Notes: generated from the sequence alone by a model not told the origin. A stretch of DNA of 64,000 bases from Dudresnaya verticillata (GCA_977862235.1 OZ374564.1:1302001-1366000), one strand, 5' to 3'. Numbered from the stretch's first letter, positions 24,583 through 37,700 are shown. Numbers and translations: made by a program.

Positions 24583-25419
24583 TGTGGCATAGCTGTAAGA
24601 CCAGCTGTGCCACGCACGCGCAGCTGTAAGACCAGCTGCGCCACGTGCGCACTGCTGTGCGCACGCTGTCAGCCGGTGGCGCCGAAGCCCCGCTGAACTG
24701 TAAGGGAGTGCGCAGTGGCGCCCACGTGTGCACGCGTTCGCGTGTGACACTGAAACTCCCATGTAATTTCTACGTTTATTGTTTTGCAAGTGTACAGCAC
24801 CCTCTAGTGTAAGCGGCGGTCGAACGCCCTGCTGTCCCGCGCGCTGTGCGCACGCACTCCGGCGCAGAGCCGTTGAGTGCGTGACACGCGCGCGCGCACT
24901 CCGGCGTCGAGCCGTTGAGTACGTGTGGACCGTTCCGCCTACGCGCGCCCCCGGGTTACCGTTACCCGTACGCGTCGACGCGTGTTGGGGCGCGCCAGCG
25001 CACCTCCCGGGTTGGTGCCGCCGCAGGCCCTGTAGTATATCTAGTAGTCGCCCCTCTGGGCTTCAGTAAACCAGGCAAGCCAGCCTACGCCAGGCTTGCC
25101 CTTTCTGCTTTGGGTTTCTTTCCCAGTCCTTCGCCCTACGGCTTCCCTCTTTCCCTAGCCGTCTAGGCTTTCCTTTTCCTTTCCCCACCGTCGGTTTCGT
25201 GCCGCCCCACGACGGGGACGCAGGGATCCGGCCGCTGCCGCCCGCGTACGGTACGCTCCGTGCGCGCTCAGGCTTCGACGCCGTTGATCCGCGACCGTCG
25301 ACGGCGCGCGCGGCCGACACCACCGCTCTACCAGCACAGCTACCACCCTTCGACGGGTCTGGGTGCGATTGATCGACCAGCGCAGCTAGACGTCAGTTCG
25401 ACCTGACGTCTATGCCACA
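24583..25419 (+). repeat. 5' LTR of Gypsy A (837 bp)
   Basis: TGTGGCATAG...CTATGCCACA; near-identical inverted copy at 38465-39301. Confidence 0.92.
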
Positions 25420-25420
25420 C

Positions 25421-25433
25421 TGGTCTTCCGACC
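25421..25433 (+). promoter_or_regulatory. Primer binding site, possibly for tRNA-Tyr
   Basis: TGGTCTTCCGACC lies 1 nt after the LTR. The complementary tRNA end (..GGAAG-A-CCA) implies C1:G72 and A73, which are eukaryotic tRNA-Tyr identity elements (inference). Confidence 0.7.
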
Positions 25434-25487
25434 TAGAAGTCGCAGAAGACCCTATCACCTCTTGCGTCGACGCGATCGAGGCCAAGA

Positions 25488-27908
25488 ATGCCGCCGCTAC
25501 CTACTTCGGCCGCTGCCGGTTCGGCAGACGCCGCGGCTGGTGAAGTTGGCGGTCGACGCACTTCCTTGCTGAGTAACGTCGGCGTCTCAGGAGCGCCCCT
25601 AGAGGAACCGCGCATCGAGCGCAGGGCGGCTATAGCCAAGGCCCTAGGAGGGACACCGGTCTCTGCGACCGACCTCCAGCTACTCTACGAGGAGACGATG
25701 GACTCACTTTCGGAAGTGTACGACACCTTCATGGCCTCAGTCGCAGACGCGCGGGCACAAGGTCAACGTGACCTGGAGTCGCTTCGACGCGGAACTCTCG
25801 CCTCCGTCGAGGAAGGATTAACCCGAACTCAAGGGCTCCTCGACGAGCTACGCCAACGCGTTGAGTTGATTGAGCACGCACCGGCGCGGTATGACCGACG
25901 GGCGCCTAGCCCGTCGCCGGTGCGGAGCCGTCCTCCGCGATCGCCGTCTCAAGCGGGTCCGGTTCGCGAACTGGCCAAAGCCCTCCTTGCTGAGCGTCGT
26001 GCTCAGCGAACCCTTTTTTCTCCACCGGCCTCTCCGCCTAGGAGTGGGCAAGGGTCCCCTCGCCCTACAAGAGATGACGACCCCTTCTACGGGGTCGACC
26101 CCAAGCTACTGCAACGCGCCCTCGACGGGCGCGGAGTTGGAGGGGCATCTAGCCCCTCACCACACGAAGGTCCCGTATCGGCCTACTGGCACTGGGGGCC
26201 ATTGATGCCGGGCGTCGAGCCGCTGAGCACCTTGGTCCCCGAATTCGCAAAGGCGATCGACTACCGCTCCTATCTTCTAGACGACATAAGGCAGCGGGAC
26301 AATCAGCAGCAAGTCTGCAATGGCAACAACGCCAAGATTGTCAGCCGGATGAAGGCTCTCATGCCGCGGCTAGATCGCTACGACGGCAAGGAGCCCATCC
26401 GCTTGCTTGGCGTGCTTAGACAGCTACGCCAAGCCTTCAACTGCGTCGGCCTGTCGGAAGGCGCAGCGGCGCGAGTGGTGTCCTGGTTCCTAGACGGAAC
26501 GGCATCCCAGGTGTATTCGAGTCACCTTTTCTCGGGGGTCCGGACTACTAGTCGCGGCACCCCCCCGTGCTGGGCCTCGGTGGTCAATGCCCTCGTCGAG
26601 AGGTTCGTCACCGACGACGTGATCGCCGACGCGCACGACCGACTGACCACCGCCCGGCAGCGGGACGCCGAGTCAGAACTCGAGTTCGCCTCTCGTCTAG
26701 AGGGCTACGCAGATGACTGTGCCGGCGTCTACTCCGACGAGAACCTGACGCACCAGTTCCTGCGTGGTCTGCTTCCGACCACCCGACCCGCAATAGCGGA
26801 GAATGTAAGGCAGATGCCGATGGTCGAGCAGACCAACTTCAGTACCGTTCGTCGGATCGCCCACAGTGAGGGCACAACCTACCGCGCCCGCACGGCCAAG
26901 GCGTCGACTCCGGCCATCGTTTCGGGGCGCGGTAGGGGAAGCAGTTCGCCAAGCGGCCGCACGCTGCTTATCGAGGCGCCACACACACCCGATAGGGAAG
27001 CGGCCTTCGACGGCACGATGTTGGTGGCGCCCGATGACGATGGTTTCGAACCCGTCATGGTCGTGCCCGCGCTGTCGACAGCCGGGGCGGCGCAAGCCGA
27101 GGAGACCCTCGACATATCAGGACGCATCGACGCCGTCCTGCCGAGGAGGATCCCTCCGTTCACACCGGCGCAAGAGGCCATGGCCCGCGCTGTCACCCCT
27201 GATCGACAGGGGTGGTACATCTGCTGGTTCTGCCGAGAACTTGGGCACATCATGTACTCGTGCCCATTCCTGACTAAGGAACAGCAGTTGTACTGCGCGT
27301 ATGCGAACTGCAACCATAGACTGGAGACGCAGCCGCACGCGCGCAACAACTTGCAGCAGCTCATCGACGAGCGCATGCCGGCAGGCGCCAAGGCAAGTTA
27401 CCCCGCAAGACGCTTCGACGCGCAGCGGGGTGGGGCCCGACGTTTCGACGCGAGGGATCCCCCGCAGCGCTTCGACGCGCAAAGGTATCGCGGGGAGCCG
27501 CGACAGTACCGCGGGGATCGTCGAGATCCGCGCCGCGAATACCGAAGGGCAGACGTCCCGCGGTTCCTCACTCGCGACAAGCGGGTCGGGTTTGACGACC
27601 AAGCCGGTCGCCAACCTCGGGAGTCGACGCCCTCGAGGCCCGACCCGCAGCGCGAACTGCTTCGGGCAGTGATGACCGTGCAGGAGCACACCGGGCTAGC
27701 AGCCGACGAGTGGCTCCCGCGAGCGCTCGATGCGCAGAGCAAGGGCGAGTCCGCCCGGGGGCAGGTCGAGCAGCCCCCGCTCCTTTTTGACACGCCGCCG
27801 CGATCGACGCGAGGAGCCGGCCCGGCCCCTGGCCAGCCAATGGGATCCGAGGAAGATAGCTCGGATTCCGAAAATAATTTTGACCGGGTCGAACCGGAAA
27901 AAGAGTAA
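25488..27908 (+). CDS. gag: Gag
   Basis: 806-aa ORF after the PBS; capsid-like RQRDAESELEFASRL..QFLRGL; zinc knuckle CWFCRELGHIMYSC. Confidence 0.88.
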   Translation: MPPLPTSAAAGSADAAAGEVGGRRTSLLSNVGVSGAPLEEPRIERRAAIAKALGGTPVSATDLQLLYEETMDSLSEVYDTFMASVADARAQGQRDLESLRRGTLASVEEGLTRTQGLLDELRQRVELIEHAPARYDRRAPSPSPVRSRPPRSPSQAGPVRELAKALLAERRAQRTLFSPPASPPRSGQGSPRPTRDDDPFYGVDPKLLQRALDGRGVGGASSPSPHEGPVSAYWHWGPLMPGVEPLSTLVPEFAKAIDYRSYLLDDIRQRDNQQQVCNGNNAKIVSRMKALMPRLDRYDGKEPIRLLGVLRQLRQAFNCVGLSEGAAARVVSWFLDGTASQVYSSHLFSGVRTTSRGTPPCWASVVNALVERFVTDDVIADAHDRLTTARQRDAESELEFASRLEGYADDCAGVYSDENLTHQFLRGLLPTTRPAIAENVRQMPMVEQTNFSTVRRIAHSEGTTYRARTAKASTPAIVSGRGRGSSSPSGRTLLIEAPHTPDREAAFDGTMLVAPDDDGFEPVMVVPALSTAGAAQAEETLDISGRIDAVLPRRIPPFTPAQEAMARAVTPDRQGWYICWFCRELGHIMYSCPFLTKEQQLYCAYANCNHRLETQPHARNNLQQLIDERMPAGAKASYPARRFDAQRGGARRFDARDPPQRFDAQRYRGEPRQYRGDRRDPRREYRRADVPRFLTRDKRVGFDDQAGRQPRESTPSRPDPQRELLRAVMTVQEHTGLAADEWLPRALDAQSKGESARGQVEQPPLLFDTPPRSTRGAGPAPGQPMGSEEDSSDSENNFDRVEPEKE

Positions 27909-30900
27909 AGGCGGCGCCGTTCGTGCGGTCGCGCGCACCGTCTCTCTCTACCCCAGACCCACCATCCTCCGCCAAGCCGTCGACGGCAGGCAGGACGTCG
28001 AGTCCCAACCAACGAAGGACCCCCTCGCCAAGCAGCGCTGAGGGCCCCCTGCGCGAAGAGCCGTCGAAAGCCACGCGCTCCAGGCCACCTTGGCCCCCGC
28101 GGCGTCGACGCAGGCGACAGATAGGACGCCGAGCGCGTAGGTGTCCGTCGACGGAACCTGAGGCTCCCTCTGCTCGACGCGAAGGTGCCATGGCTCACTG
28201 CGTCGACACGGAGCCGGCCACTACCCCCGACGGGTATGTGTGCCTCTTGTCCTCGGAGATATACCGCGTGTCTGGGTCGCTAGGCGCTGACCCAGGGGTA
28301 ATGATACCCCACACCATTGCGGTGGACACCGGTTCCGGGTACAACCTCATCGCGAAGCGGGCGCTGCCGCCCGGATGGGATCCGCACGCGGCGGCGATGG
28401 AGTCGACTCCTCGCCTCGCCGGGGCTGATAAGACCCCACTGAGCCTATCAGGGGTGGCGCACCTCTCGATGAGGTTGGGGAACACGACGTTCCGCGTGCC
28501 ATTCATAGTGGCAGACACCTTGGCCGTCGACGTCCTGGTGGGAACGCAGTTCCTCAATGCGCACGTGCGAGGCATCGACGTCGAGTCGAAACGCCTATCG
28601 CTCCGACGTGGGGGCTCGGTGCCCCTCCTCAAGCGCAGTAGACCTGCCGAGGACCGCAAGCCGGCATCGAAGCAGAAGAACCCGTCGACGGGTTTGTCGA
28701 GAAAGCACCAGAGGGAGCTCCTCGACTGGGATATCGACACCCAAACCATCCGCCTCTCTAGGCAGATGGTGCTCCCAGCCTATTCCCAAAGGCTCGTCTC
28801 CGTGACGTCAGGAGCAAGTGGGCTGATCCACACCGAACCCAAACCCTCGTTGCAGTTCCGCCACGGCGTGAGACTTACCAACGGGGTGCACGACGTCGAG
28901 TCGATGCGCCCCTTCGGGGTCATCGTCGGGAACTTCACCGACAAGCCTCGGACCCTGCCTAAGGGTACCGTTGTCGGCTACGCGGTTAGGAACCTGGTGG
29001 CACTGATAACTCCAGACCGCAAAGTCGCGGAGGAGTTTGGGCGGGTGATGAACATCACCACCCTACCACCACGGGGGCAGAGGCCCCCGGTCAATCAGGG
29101 TGCCGTGGAACCATCCACCTCGCTGTCGACGGCGAAGGGCACCGACGCCCAGCCGCTGCAGGGCGCAGCTACCGCCGCAGCGAAGGCCAACCCGTCCGTC
29201 GAGGACTGGGAGGCGCAGGTCGATCTCTCGTCTATCGAAGACGAGGTGACCCGCACGGAGGTCCTCTCCATGCTCAGGAAGCATCAGTCCATGTGGGACG
29301 GGAGGCTGGGCACTATTGCCGCCACCCGACACCACATCGACGTGGAACGGGGCACTCGCCCCATCCGCTCCATGCCCTACCGACAGGGCCCTGCCATGCG
29401 CAAGCTGGTGCAGGACGAGGTGGATAACATGCTTCGTGCAGGGGTTATCGAACCCGCCACCTCGGAATGGGCATCGCCAGTCGTCCTGGTGCCCAAGAAG
29501 GACGGCACACTTAGGTTTTGCGTGGACTATTGACGTCTCAACACGAAAACACTAAGTGATGCGTACCCTCTACCGAGGATGGACGACTGCATCGACAGTC
29601 TAGGCGACGCAGCCGTCTTCTCGACGTTGGACTGCAACGCGGGGTACTGGCAAATCCCTGTCGCAGAGGCTGACAGGGATAAGACCACGTTCACTTCGTT
29701 CTTAGGGTCGTTTCGCTACTTGCGAATGCCCTTCGGGCTGAAGAACGCCCCCGCGACTTTCCAGCGCGCACTGGACATCATCCTCAGCGGAGTCCGATGG
29801 CAGTGTTGCCTGATCTATCTAGACGATGTGATCATTTTCTCGCGGTCGATCGCGGAGCACGTTGGTCATCTAGACCAAGTGCTGACTCTGTTGCACAAGG
29901 GAGGAGTATCCCTGAAACTGAAGAAGTGCCACTTCTTTCAGTCACGCGTTGGATATCTAGGCCACGTCATCGAACCGGGGAAGCTACGCATGGCGCAGAC
30001 GAGCAGCGACGCTTTCCGCCAAGCGCAGTTCCCGACCTCCCTGACTAAGGTGAGGTCGTTCCTCGGCGCGTGCAATGTCTATCGCCGCTTCGTGCGCAAC
30101 TTCGCGAAGATCGCGCGTCCTCTGACGGACATGACCCGCAAAGACGCGGATGTGGACTTCGACAATCCAAGCGCCGACGCGCTCGAGGCATATGAGACGC
30201 TCAGAGCGAACCTCATATCGCCCCCTATCCTACGGCTCCCCAAGACGGGTAGACCCTACGTCCTCGATACGGACGCATCGGCTTATCAGCTCGGATGCGC
30301 CCTACTGCAGGAGCAGGAGGACGGCCAGCTATACCCAGTCGGGTACTGGTCCTACTCGCTCAACTCGGCGGAGCGCAATTACTCCGCCACTAAGCGTGAG
30401 TGCTTCGCAGTGGTGTGGTCGATCACAACCCTGCGGCCATACATCGAAGGCACGCGATTCACGGTTCAAACCGATCACGATGCGCTTCGATGGCTGATGT
30501 CGCTGACCGACTCTTCGGGTCGACTGACCCGGTGGCGCCTGCGGCTCGCGGAATTCGACTTCCAGATCGAGTACCGCCCCGGGCGGGTACACCAAGTCCC
30601 GGATGACCTGTCCCGCTTGGTTCGGCCCCAGCGGAAACAGGAGGAGGTTGACGACGACGTCCCTACCTTTGATCCCCCGGCGATCGACCGCCAGCAAGGG
30701 GAGTCCTCGGCTGAGACGCCGGTGGCACGTACGGGTACAGAACCCGCGGCTCCCGTCTTGGTGACCACCCGCTCGCCGGCCAACGCATCTACGCGTTCGG
30801 CCCCAGCGCAGCCCGTCCCGAAGCCAGTCCGGGGAAGCATCACCGGCACCGCGCCCAAGACGGTCGCGGTAGATGAACCCCCGGACTTGGCCGACGAAGC

Positions 30901-32527
30901 GGCGTGGGACGACACCGACGACGTCGACCTCTTCGATCTCCTCCGCGTCGACGCGGGAGACGAGCCATCGGACTTGACGTCCGTGGAGCCAGTGAAGCTC
31001 CCTTCACCTATTTCCGTCGAGGAATTTGTGGACGCGCAGTGGCACGACTCCTTCTGCCAGACCGTACTGGCCAGGCAGTCCCGCCGACGGGATAGCCATT
31101 TTTACGAGGACGGGGATGGGCTTCTATGCCGCCATCATCCGGTCATAGCTTCGCTAGACCAGATAGTGGTGCCCGAGTCGTTACAGCCTCGGCTGCTCAC
31201 GCTCGCGCACCACTCCCTCTTCGCGGGCCACCCAGGGCAGAACAAGATATTCTATTCCCCGCGTGAGACCTACTACTGGCCGCATATGGCGGCCAGCATC
31301 GCCATGACAGTAAGAAACTGCAGGAACTGTGCCCGTAACCGCATTCGACTGCGCAGACACCTTCATAAACTGAAGCTGTTCCCGGCCACCAGGCCGCTGG
31401 AATCCGTCGCTATCGACATACTGGGCCCCTTGCCCAAGACCAAGTCTGGTCGCAAATTCCTCGTCGTCATGACGGACCGCTTTACTAAGCTGACGCAAGT
31501 CGCGCCTCTGCGCACCATTACGGCTTACAACGTCGCAGTTGTCTTCTGTGAACAGTGGGTCTTCCACTACGGGCCGCCTAGGTCCTTGCTTTCCGATAAC
31601 GGAAAGCAGTTCACATCGAAGTTCTTCCAAGCCGTCTGCCGGTATTTGGGTTTGAACAACGTGTTCACCTCCGCGTATCACCCCCAGTCGAATGGGCACG
31701 CTGAACGCTACAACCGGACGGTCATGGCCATGTTGAGGAACGACGTCAACGATCACCAAAACGATTGGGATCGATACGCCTCTGCGTTGACGTATTCCTA
31801 CAACTGTCACGTGTACCGCTCGACGCGGACGACTCCATTCCGCTTAGTGCTGTCACGGCCTCCGCCGGAATTTACTAAGTTTCACTCGGCGGTCGACCGC
31901 CCGAAACCTAGTGAGGATGTCCGAACGGACTTCCTCAAGCGGTTAGACACCGCTATGGGCCTGGCTTCTGCCGCCCTGGCCAAAACGCAGAGGCGTTACA
32001 AAAAGGACTTTGACCGACGGGTCCGGAAGGTCAACTTCCGCATCAAGGCCGGAGACTATGTCTTCATCGACGCAACTGACGGGGTGACGAAACCACCGAA
32101 GTTGCAGAGCCCGGCCATCGGGCCTTATCGAGTGCTGCTCAACGACGAGCGCACGTTATTTATCGACAGAGACGGCTTGGTCGAACGCATCGCAGTGGAC
32201 CGAGCCGTCTTCTGTCCCCCGCCTCTGCGGGAAGACACCGCGCGTCGAAGCGCGTACTTGCCCACCGCCAACGATCTCGCGTCCAAGGCCGTCGACGGCC
32301 CGCGGTTCGTGGTGGACAAGGTACTTGACCATGGCACAGCCGAAGACGGCACGATGCTCTTTCAGGTCAAGTGGACCGGCTACTCTAAGCCGACTTGGGA
32401 ACCTCGATCCCATTTGCCGGAGGAGATGGTGAGCCAATACTTCCGCGCGCAGAAGCGTCGGAAGGGCTCTGGGCTCGACGCCCCATCCCCTCCACTCGCC
32501 CCCTCGGCGGGGGCGCCTCGTGCTTAA
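27884..32527 (+). pseudogene. pol: Pol (protease, RT, RNase H, integrase, chromodomain) with one premature stop
   Basis: VDTGS; YLDD; TDAS; integrase HHCC-like region, IDILG, SDNG; C-terminal VDKVLDH..VKWTGY..TWEP. TGA at 29531 where the 63-kb copy has CGA. Confidence 0.93.
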
Positions 32528-33725
32528 GGAGGGGGCCCCAGGCATTCTTTGCCTCAGGCATTCTTTGCCTGTTATTACCCTCATCCAGGCATCCTTTGCC
32601 TTTTTCCCAGCGACGGGAACACGTGGGGCCTAAGCCCCACGGTAAGGGCATGAATTGCGGCTGCCTAAGCCGGCGGCCCAAGCCGAAAGCACCCCGCGCC
32701 AATGGCAGAGGCCAAGGAGCAGGGGTGCTCTGCGAACTGCGCATCACAGGGACGCTGGGCACGAGAAGCCACTGAGCCATCCAAGCCGAAGCGCCACCGA
32801 CGTCGACGTCAAGTGGCAGCTGCACGCAGATGGCGGAGGGCAGGCGTCGACGCCCCCTTCACCAACGCCGCGCCGCGGCCGCGCGTAATATTCGGCCAGC
32901 ACCCACTGACCTGGTGCCTAGCCGGGCGGGGTGCCAACGCGCATAGCCCCCACGACGATGTGGGGCACCAGAGCCAAGAAGGCCGGCGTCCTTCGAGTTG
33001 CACCGCTGCGCTTCGACGCGTGAGCGGCACAACCACCGCGACGATGGGAAGGCCGAGGGCACCGCGGCAGACGACCGGCCCCTGCCAAATACAGGCGTGC
33101 GCTTACCCATATTTGGGACGCGTGCGCCCCACAAGCGCAGAGGCGCAGATTTGTGTTCAGGCTACAGTGTCTACTGTAGCCAAAACACAAATAATTGGGA
33201 ACGCCCAATGGGGTCCGACACCCCCGGGCCTCTGCCCACTCATCCAGGGGCATCGACGCCCCTGGCCTGGGGTTGGCTGCACAAGCCGCCGCCACGCTCG
33301 TGGCTACTCCCGGCGGAGGGGACCCCGTCGACGCGGTCACCTCCGGCGCAAAGCCGCGACGCCACTAGGGGCACCCGCTCCGCGCTGACGCTCCGCATCG
33401 ACGCGGCGTTGCGCGCGCTGGCAGCCCCCTGTGTGGCGTCGACGCCAGCACTGCGGACCGCCACCCGCTTCGACGCGGGTCAGGCACAATAGCATCCATG
33501 AGGAGGTGGGGCGTCGAAGCCCCACCACCTGCTACAGCGAGCATAGCTCGCACGCAGCCGCGCGGTCGAAGGCGCAGCTGTTGAAAACGCGTCGACGCGG
33601 ACCGAAGTCTTCGCCCACCCCTTGCCCTTTAATGAACCAGACACGCAGAGGCGGTCTTAAAACTAGCGAGGCGATCGACCGCCTCGAACTAGGATGCTTC
33701 TACAGCATAAGCCACTACGGCATAA

Positions 33726-36700
33726 CTACTGGGCGGCCGCGCCCCCAGGACCCACGCCGGGAAAGGCGGGCGCAGAGCCCGCTGCCCCCGGCGCCGCGGG
33801 CACGTAGCCCTCAACCACAGTTGTGGTTGCCGCCGGCGCTGGTGGAAGACCCCCGGCGGGAAGCGGAGGCGCTGAGCCTCCGTACGCCACTGCGCCCCCA
33901 CCTATGGGAGCCGCAGGGGGGTAGGGGCCCATCGACGGGCCCCTCACTGGCGGAAGAACCGCTTGCTGTGGCACGACGCCTGCAGCACTGGGCGGCGCGC
34001 CTGCGCCGCCCTGAGCGCCTGGGTACATCAGTTGCCCGGCGCCTTGCCAAGGGGCAACCGGGCCAGAAGGGCCCGGAGCGTACGACTGCATCGGCTGCAT
34101 CGACGCATACCCCGTCGGGGGCGGCTGGTACTCCTCACGCAGCCTCTTGCGCGCCGGCGCATAAGACATGCGCTGGATTTCCCCGCGGAGCCTCTGCACC
34201 TCGCGGGCAAAGCCGTCCCGCTCGTCGCGGTATCGAACCGCGACGGCATTGGAGGCGTTGACGTCCTCCTGCAGCGCCACTGCGCTCGATTCCAGGGCCT
34301 GCAGGAGCGTGCGTGTCGATACGCCTTGCCCGACGCGCGCCAAGGAGGCCGCGCTGCGGACAGTCGGATCGGTCCAGACTGCCGCACTCACCGCCTCGTC
34401 CAGTGGGTCGACCACTGGAGGGGGTGGGACATAGGCCACCGCCGGCGACTTAGACGGGGCCGGCGGGGGCTGGTACACCTCAACGGCAGCAGCCGGAGGG
34501 GCGCGGGCCGTCGACGGCCCCGCAGCAGACGGTCCGCCAACTGCCGCAGGGGCGGCGGGCGCACGACGCGCGGACGCCCTTGGGGGCGGCGGGATGTACG
34601 ACTCGGTCTCCGCCGCCATGACGGCCGCGGCTGACCCAGGGTTAGCACCCACGCCACGACGGCGACGTCCGGCGCGCTCAGCGCGGGCCATGTCGGCCAT
34701 CGAGGCGAACCCAGAGCGCTCGACGCGCTCCCGCCGGTCGCGCGTGCCCCGATTGCGCTGGATCTTATAGAGGGCCCCTGTCTCTGGCAAGAAGCCACAC
34801 ACGAACGCGTCGACGCGTGAAGAGAAGTGACGCCTCCGCGTGTGTTTCTCGGTTGCCGCTGCCACTCGGCGGACTACGCCGAGCAGCTCGCCGAACCCAA
34901 ACGACTTGCCATCCGAAGGACGGAGCAAGTCCGGGAAACACGGCCTCTCGCTTGACCAGCCGGTCGCGAGGAAATTAATCAGGCGGTCGTCGAAGACCCA
35001 GCCTGTCCCCTTCGCGAGGAGCTCGCTGCAGTAGCGGCGGCCCACCTCGAAGGCGTATTCATCTGAGCGCCTAGCCAGGAGCTCACGACGAGCAGCTACG
35101 CGACCGACTGTCGCGTAGTGGAAACCGGTCTACGGTTATCCACGGGATAGTGAATCCCGATGGCGTCTCCCGGTGGGAGTACTACTCCGCTGATGGGAAC
35201 CAGGCCGCGTCGAGCGCCGGATGCAACTTGCACCCCTTTGACGGACGTCCTTCGCCCGGGGCCTTGCACACGTCCCAGTCCCGCTCCCCGAAGCACACCC
35301 CAAAGAGGCGGCGCGCAGAGTCGGCATCGGCCAGACGGTGCGCGAGATCCACGGGCTCGTCGACGGGCACCGTGCGCATCTCTGGGATGGTGGCAGGCAG
35401 GGGCGGGGCCCACTCATCGGCGGGTGTCAGGAAGAGGGCATCGGCTGCCCTGTCCACCCGCCGAAGCTCCTCAAGGGAGGCGACGTAAGAAACGTCGCAG
35501 GGTAACCCCAACGGCGTGAGCCAGACTATGGCGTCCGCCGGGAGGAAAGCGGCATAGGCTGCCGCCCCTCCGTCCACGCTCGCGTGGGCCACCCTCAGGA
35601 GCCGCCGGACGTCTGCCCGAGGCTCCTGCAGCCCGCGCCACTGATCCAGCGGGATCTGGTGGCGCGGCGCCCCCCAGGCGAAGACCGTCTCGGTCGGGGG
35701 CGCGTGCTGTCCAGGGGGCGCCTGGCCCATGAGGGGCGGTCCGACTGAGACCGACACCCCAACAAGAGGCACGACGGGCGCAGCGGTGGACTCACCCACG
35801 CCCGCGGCCTCCCCCTCTGCGTTGGCAGAGGCCACTGGAGACGGCGTCGGGGCCGTCGACGGCCCCAAGCCACCAGAATCGCGCGGCACAAAGGGTGCCG
35901 CCGCTGCGGGGACTTTCCCCGACCCTGATGGCGTGGGTGACCTCGACCGACTCAGGTCGAGCACCTTCGCCACCATCGGCACCGCGGAGCGCGAAGGCTG
36001 CTCCGCGGGTGCCCCTCCTCGCGTCGACGCGGTTTGATTGCTGTGAGCCGTAGGCTCTGCGCGAGGCGGGCCAGTCGGGTGAAAGACCCGAGCCGCCGCT
36101 ACTGGGCGCGGGGCGGCAGAGGCCGCCCCACTCGGGTCCCTCACTCTCTTGCCCTGCGCCGCAGCAAGGGCCACCGCCTCTGACCAGACGTCAGCGGCGG
36201 GCGGTGGGGTGGAGTTGGCGTCGACGCCACCCGCCCCGGCGGAAGAAGCCGGCGCAGGAGCAGCCCCGGCCTTGCCCAGCGCACCCGTCGATGGGGGCGC
36301 TTCTTCTGGCGCAACCGTCGAAGGTTGCGCCTCTTCTGTAGTGACCGTCGAAGGTCGCTCTGCAGTTGGCGCGGCCGTCGAAGGCCGCGCCTCCCCGCCA
36401 GCCGGCGCCCTTGGCACCGGCTCGGCAGGCGCACCCCCTACGACTGACTCAGTCGAGGAGGTGGGCTTGGTAACCGGCGCCCCCTCGGCGGGGGCGCCGT
36501 CCGCGATCGGTTCGCGTGACTCCATCGCCGCGTCGACGCTGGCGATGGGGGAGGAAGTTGAGAGCGTCGAAAGCTTGGAGCGTATGGCACTGGTCGACAG
36601 GCAGCTGTACGCGTGGGGGAGGGAGTGTTGGTGGTCGTGGTGAGCGATGACCAGACCACCCACCCCTCGGAGCCGCAGAGGCGGCTCCCTAAATAGCCCG

Positions 36701-36798
36701 TCGCGGCTCAGCGCGGGCACACCCGACGTGGCATCGACGCCCGTCACCGACGGACGCCCGGGAGCCCGCTGGCCAATCCCGGGCGCCGTCTTGGCCAC
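33726..36798 (-). pseudogene. Long antisense extra ORF of the Gypsy element, unknown function
   Basis: ORFs 35182-36798 and 33726-35045 can be joined by one stop and one frameshift (~35100); the N-terminal part recurs at 37712 and 39361. Confidence 0.6.
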
Positions 36799-36948
36799 CC
36801 CACAGCGTGCGCGTTGTAACGGTCGCGACCGAGGCGTTCGCGCTTGAGGGGGGTGTAGTGCCAGGGGGTTCCCCCTTTTTTCGCTTTCAAGCGGGTTGAT
36901 ATTCCGCGTCTACCGACGGGCGACCGCCAACGGCGCGCTCAACCCACC

Positions 36949-37695
36949 TGTGGTGCAATGGCCGTACGCGGCTGTAGAACACCCCCGAGAGTTCGGGCTC
37001 GGGAGGGTAGCTGCGCGATCACGCGAGAGTATCGCGTAAACGCGGTGGTAGAGCTAGGAAGCAACCCGGCGGCGGACTGTAAACACCGTCGGGTTGTCTG
37101 TGGGCGTGGACGCCAAAAGTAGGTGACCACCAGTGAAGGGGCGTAGACGCCAAAGGTGAAGGGAGGATGAAGGGATAAGGGGAGGAGCGGAAGGGGTAGA
37201 AACGGGGAAATGAAGGGAGCCGAGCGCGGCGCGGGGAGGAGCAGCGGGGAGGTGCGCGTAGGGAGCGTCGGGCTGGCGGTTGGCACGGGTTGCGCTAGCC
37301 TTAGCCCGCGGTGACGCCGAGCAACGAGCTCGTGGGTCAGGCGCGGGGGAACTCGGCTGCAGAGCCCATGCTTGGGGTTGGTTTACTGAGGGTGGCCGGC
37401 GCTACTCGCCTTAAGTCCCTGGCCACGGCGGTAGGATAGTTAGGGCTACCATACACTACCTACAATAAACTAACACTGACACCTCAGTGTACCTAGTGTA
37501 CACTGAGTGTCGACTGCTGTAAAGGGAAATGTAATTAATAGGAACGCGCGCGGGCAAGCCCAGAATGGGCTGCGCGCGTCCGAAGTGGGCCGGCGTGGCG
37601 ACGTGTGCTATCTAACGAGCACACGTGTGTACGCCTTCGCGAGTAACGCGCTGATCACGTGGTAACACGAAAAGGGGCAATATCGTTGCACTACA
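36949..37695 (-). mobile_element. Solo LTR (747 bp)
   Basis: TGTGGTGCAA...TTGCACTACA with perfect 5-bp TSD CCACC. The minus strand shows GTAG-CGCC..TCAGTAAACCA then a pyrimidine tract, as in LTR A. Confidence 0.85.
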
Positions 37696-37700
37696 CCACC

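Larger units (their letters stand above)
24583..36853 (+). mobile_element. Chromodomain Ty3/Gypsy LTR retrotransposon, copy A (matching 3' LTR absent)
   Basis: 5' LTR, PBS, gag, PR-RT-RH-IN-chromodomain, antisense ORF region, PPT GAGGGGGG at 36846-36853. Confidence 0.95.

Noticed and set aside
36854..37695. One 842-bp LTR (TGTAGTGC...GCACTACA)
   Set aside because: No TSD at those ends; the perfect CCACC TSD defines 36949-37695 instead.
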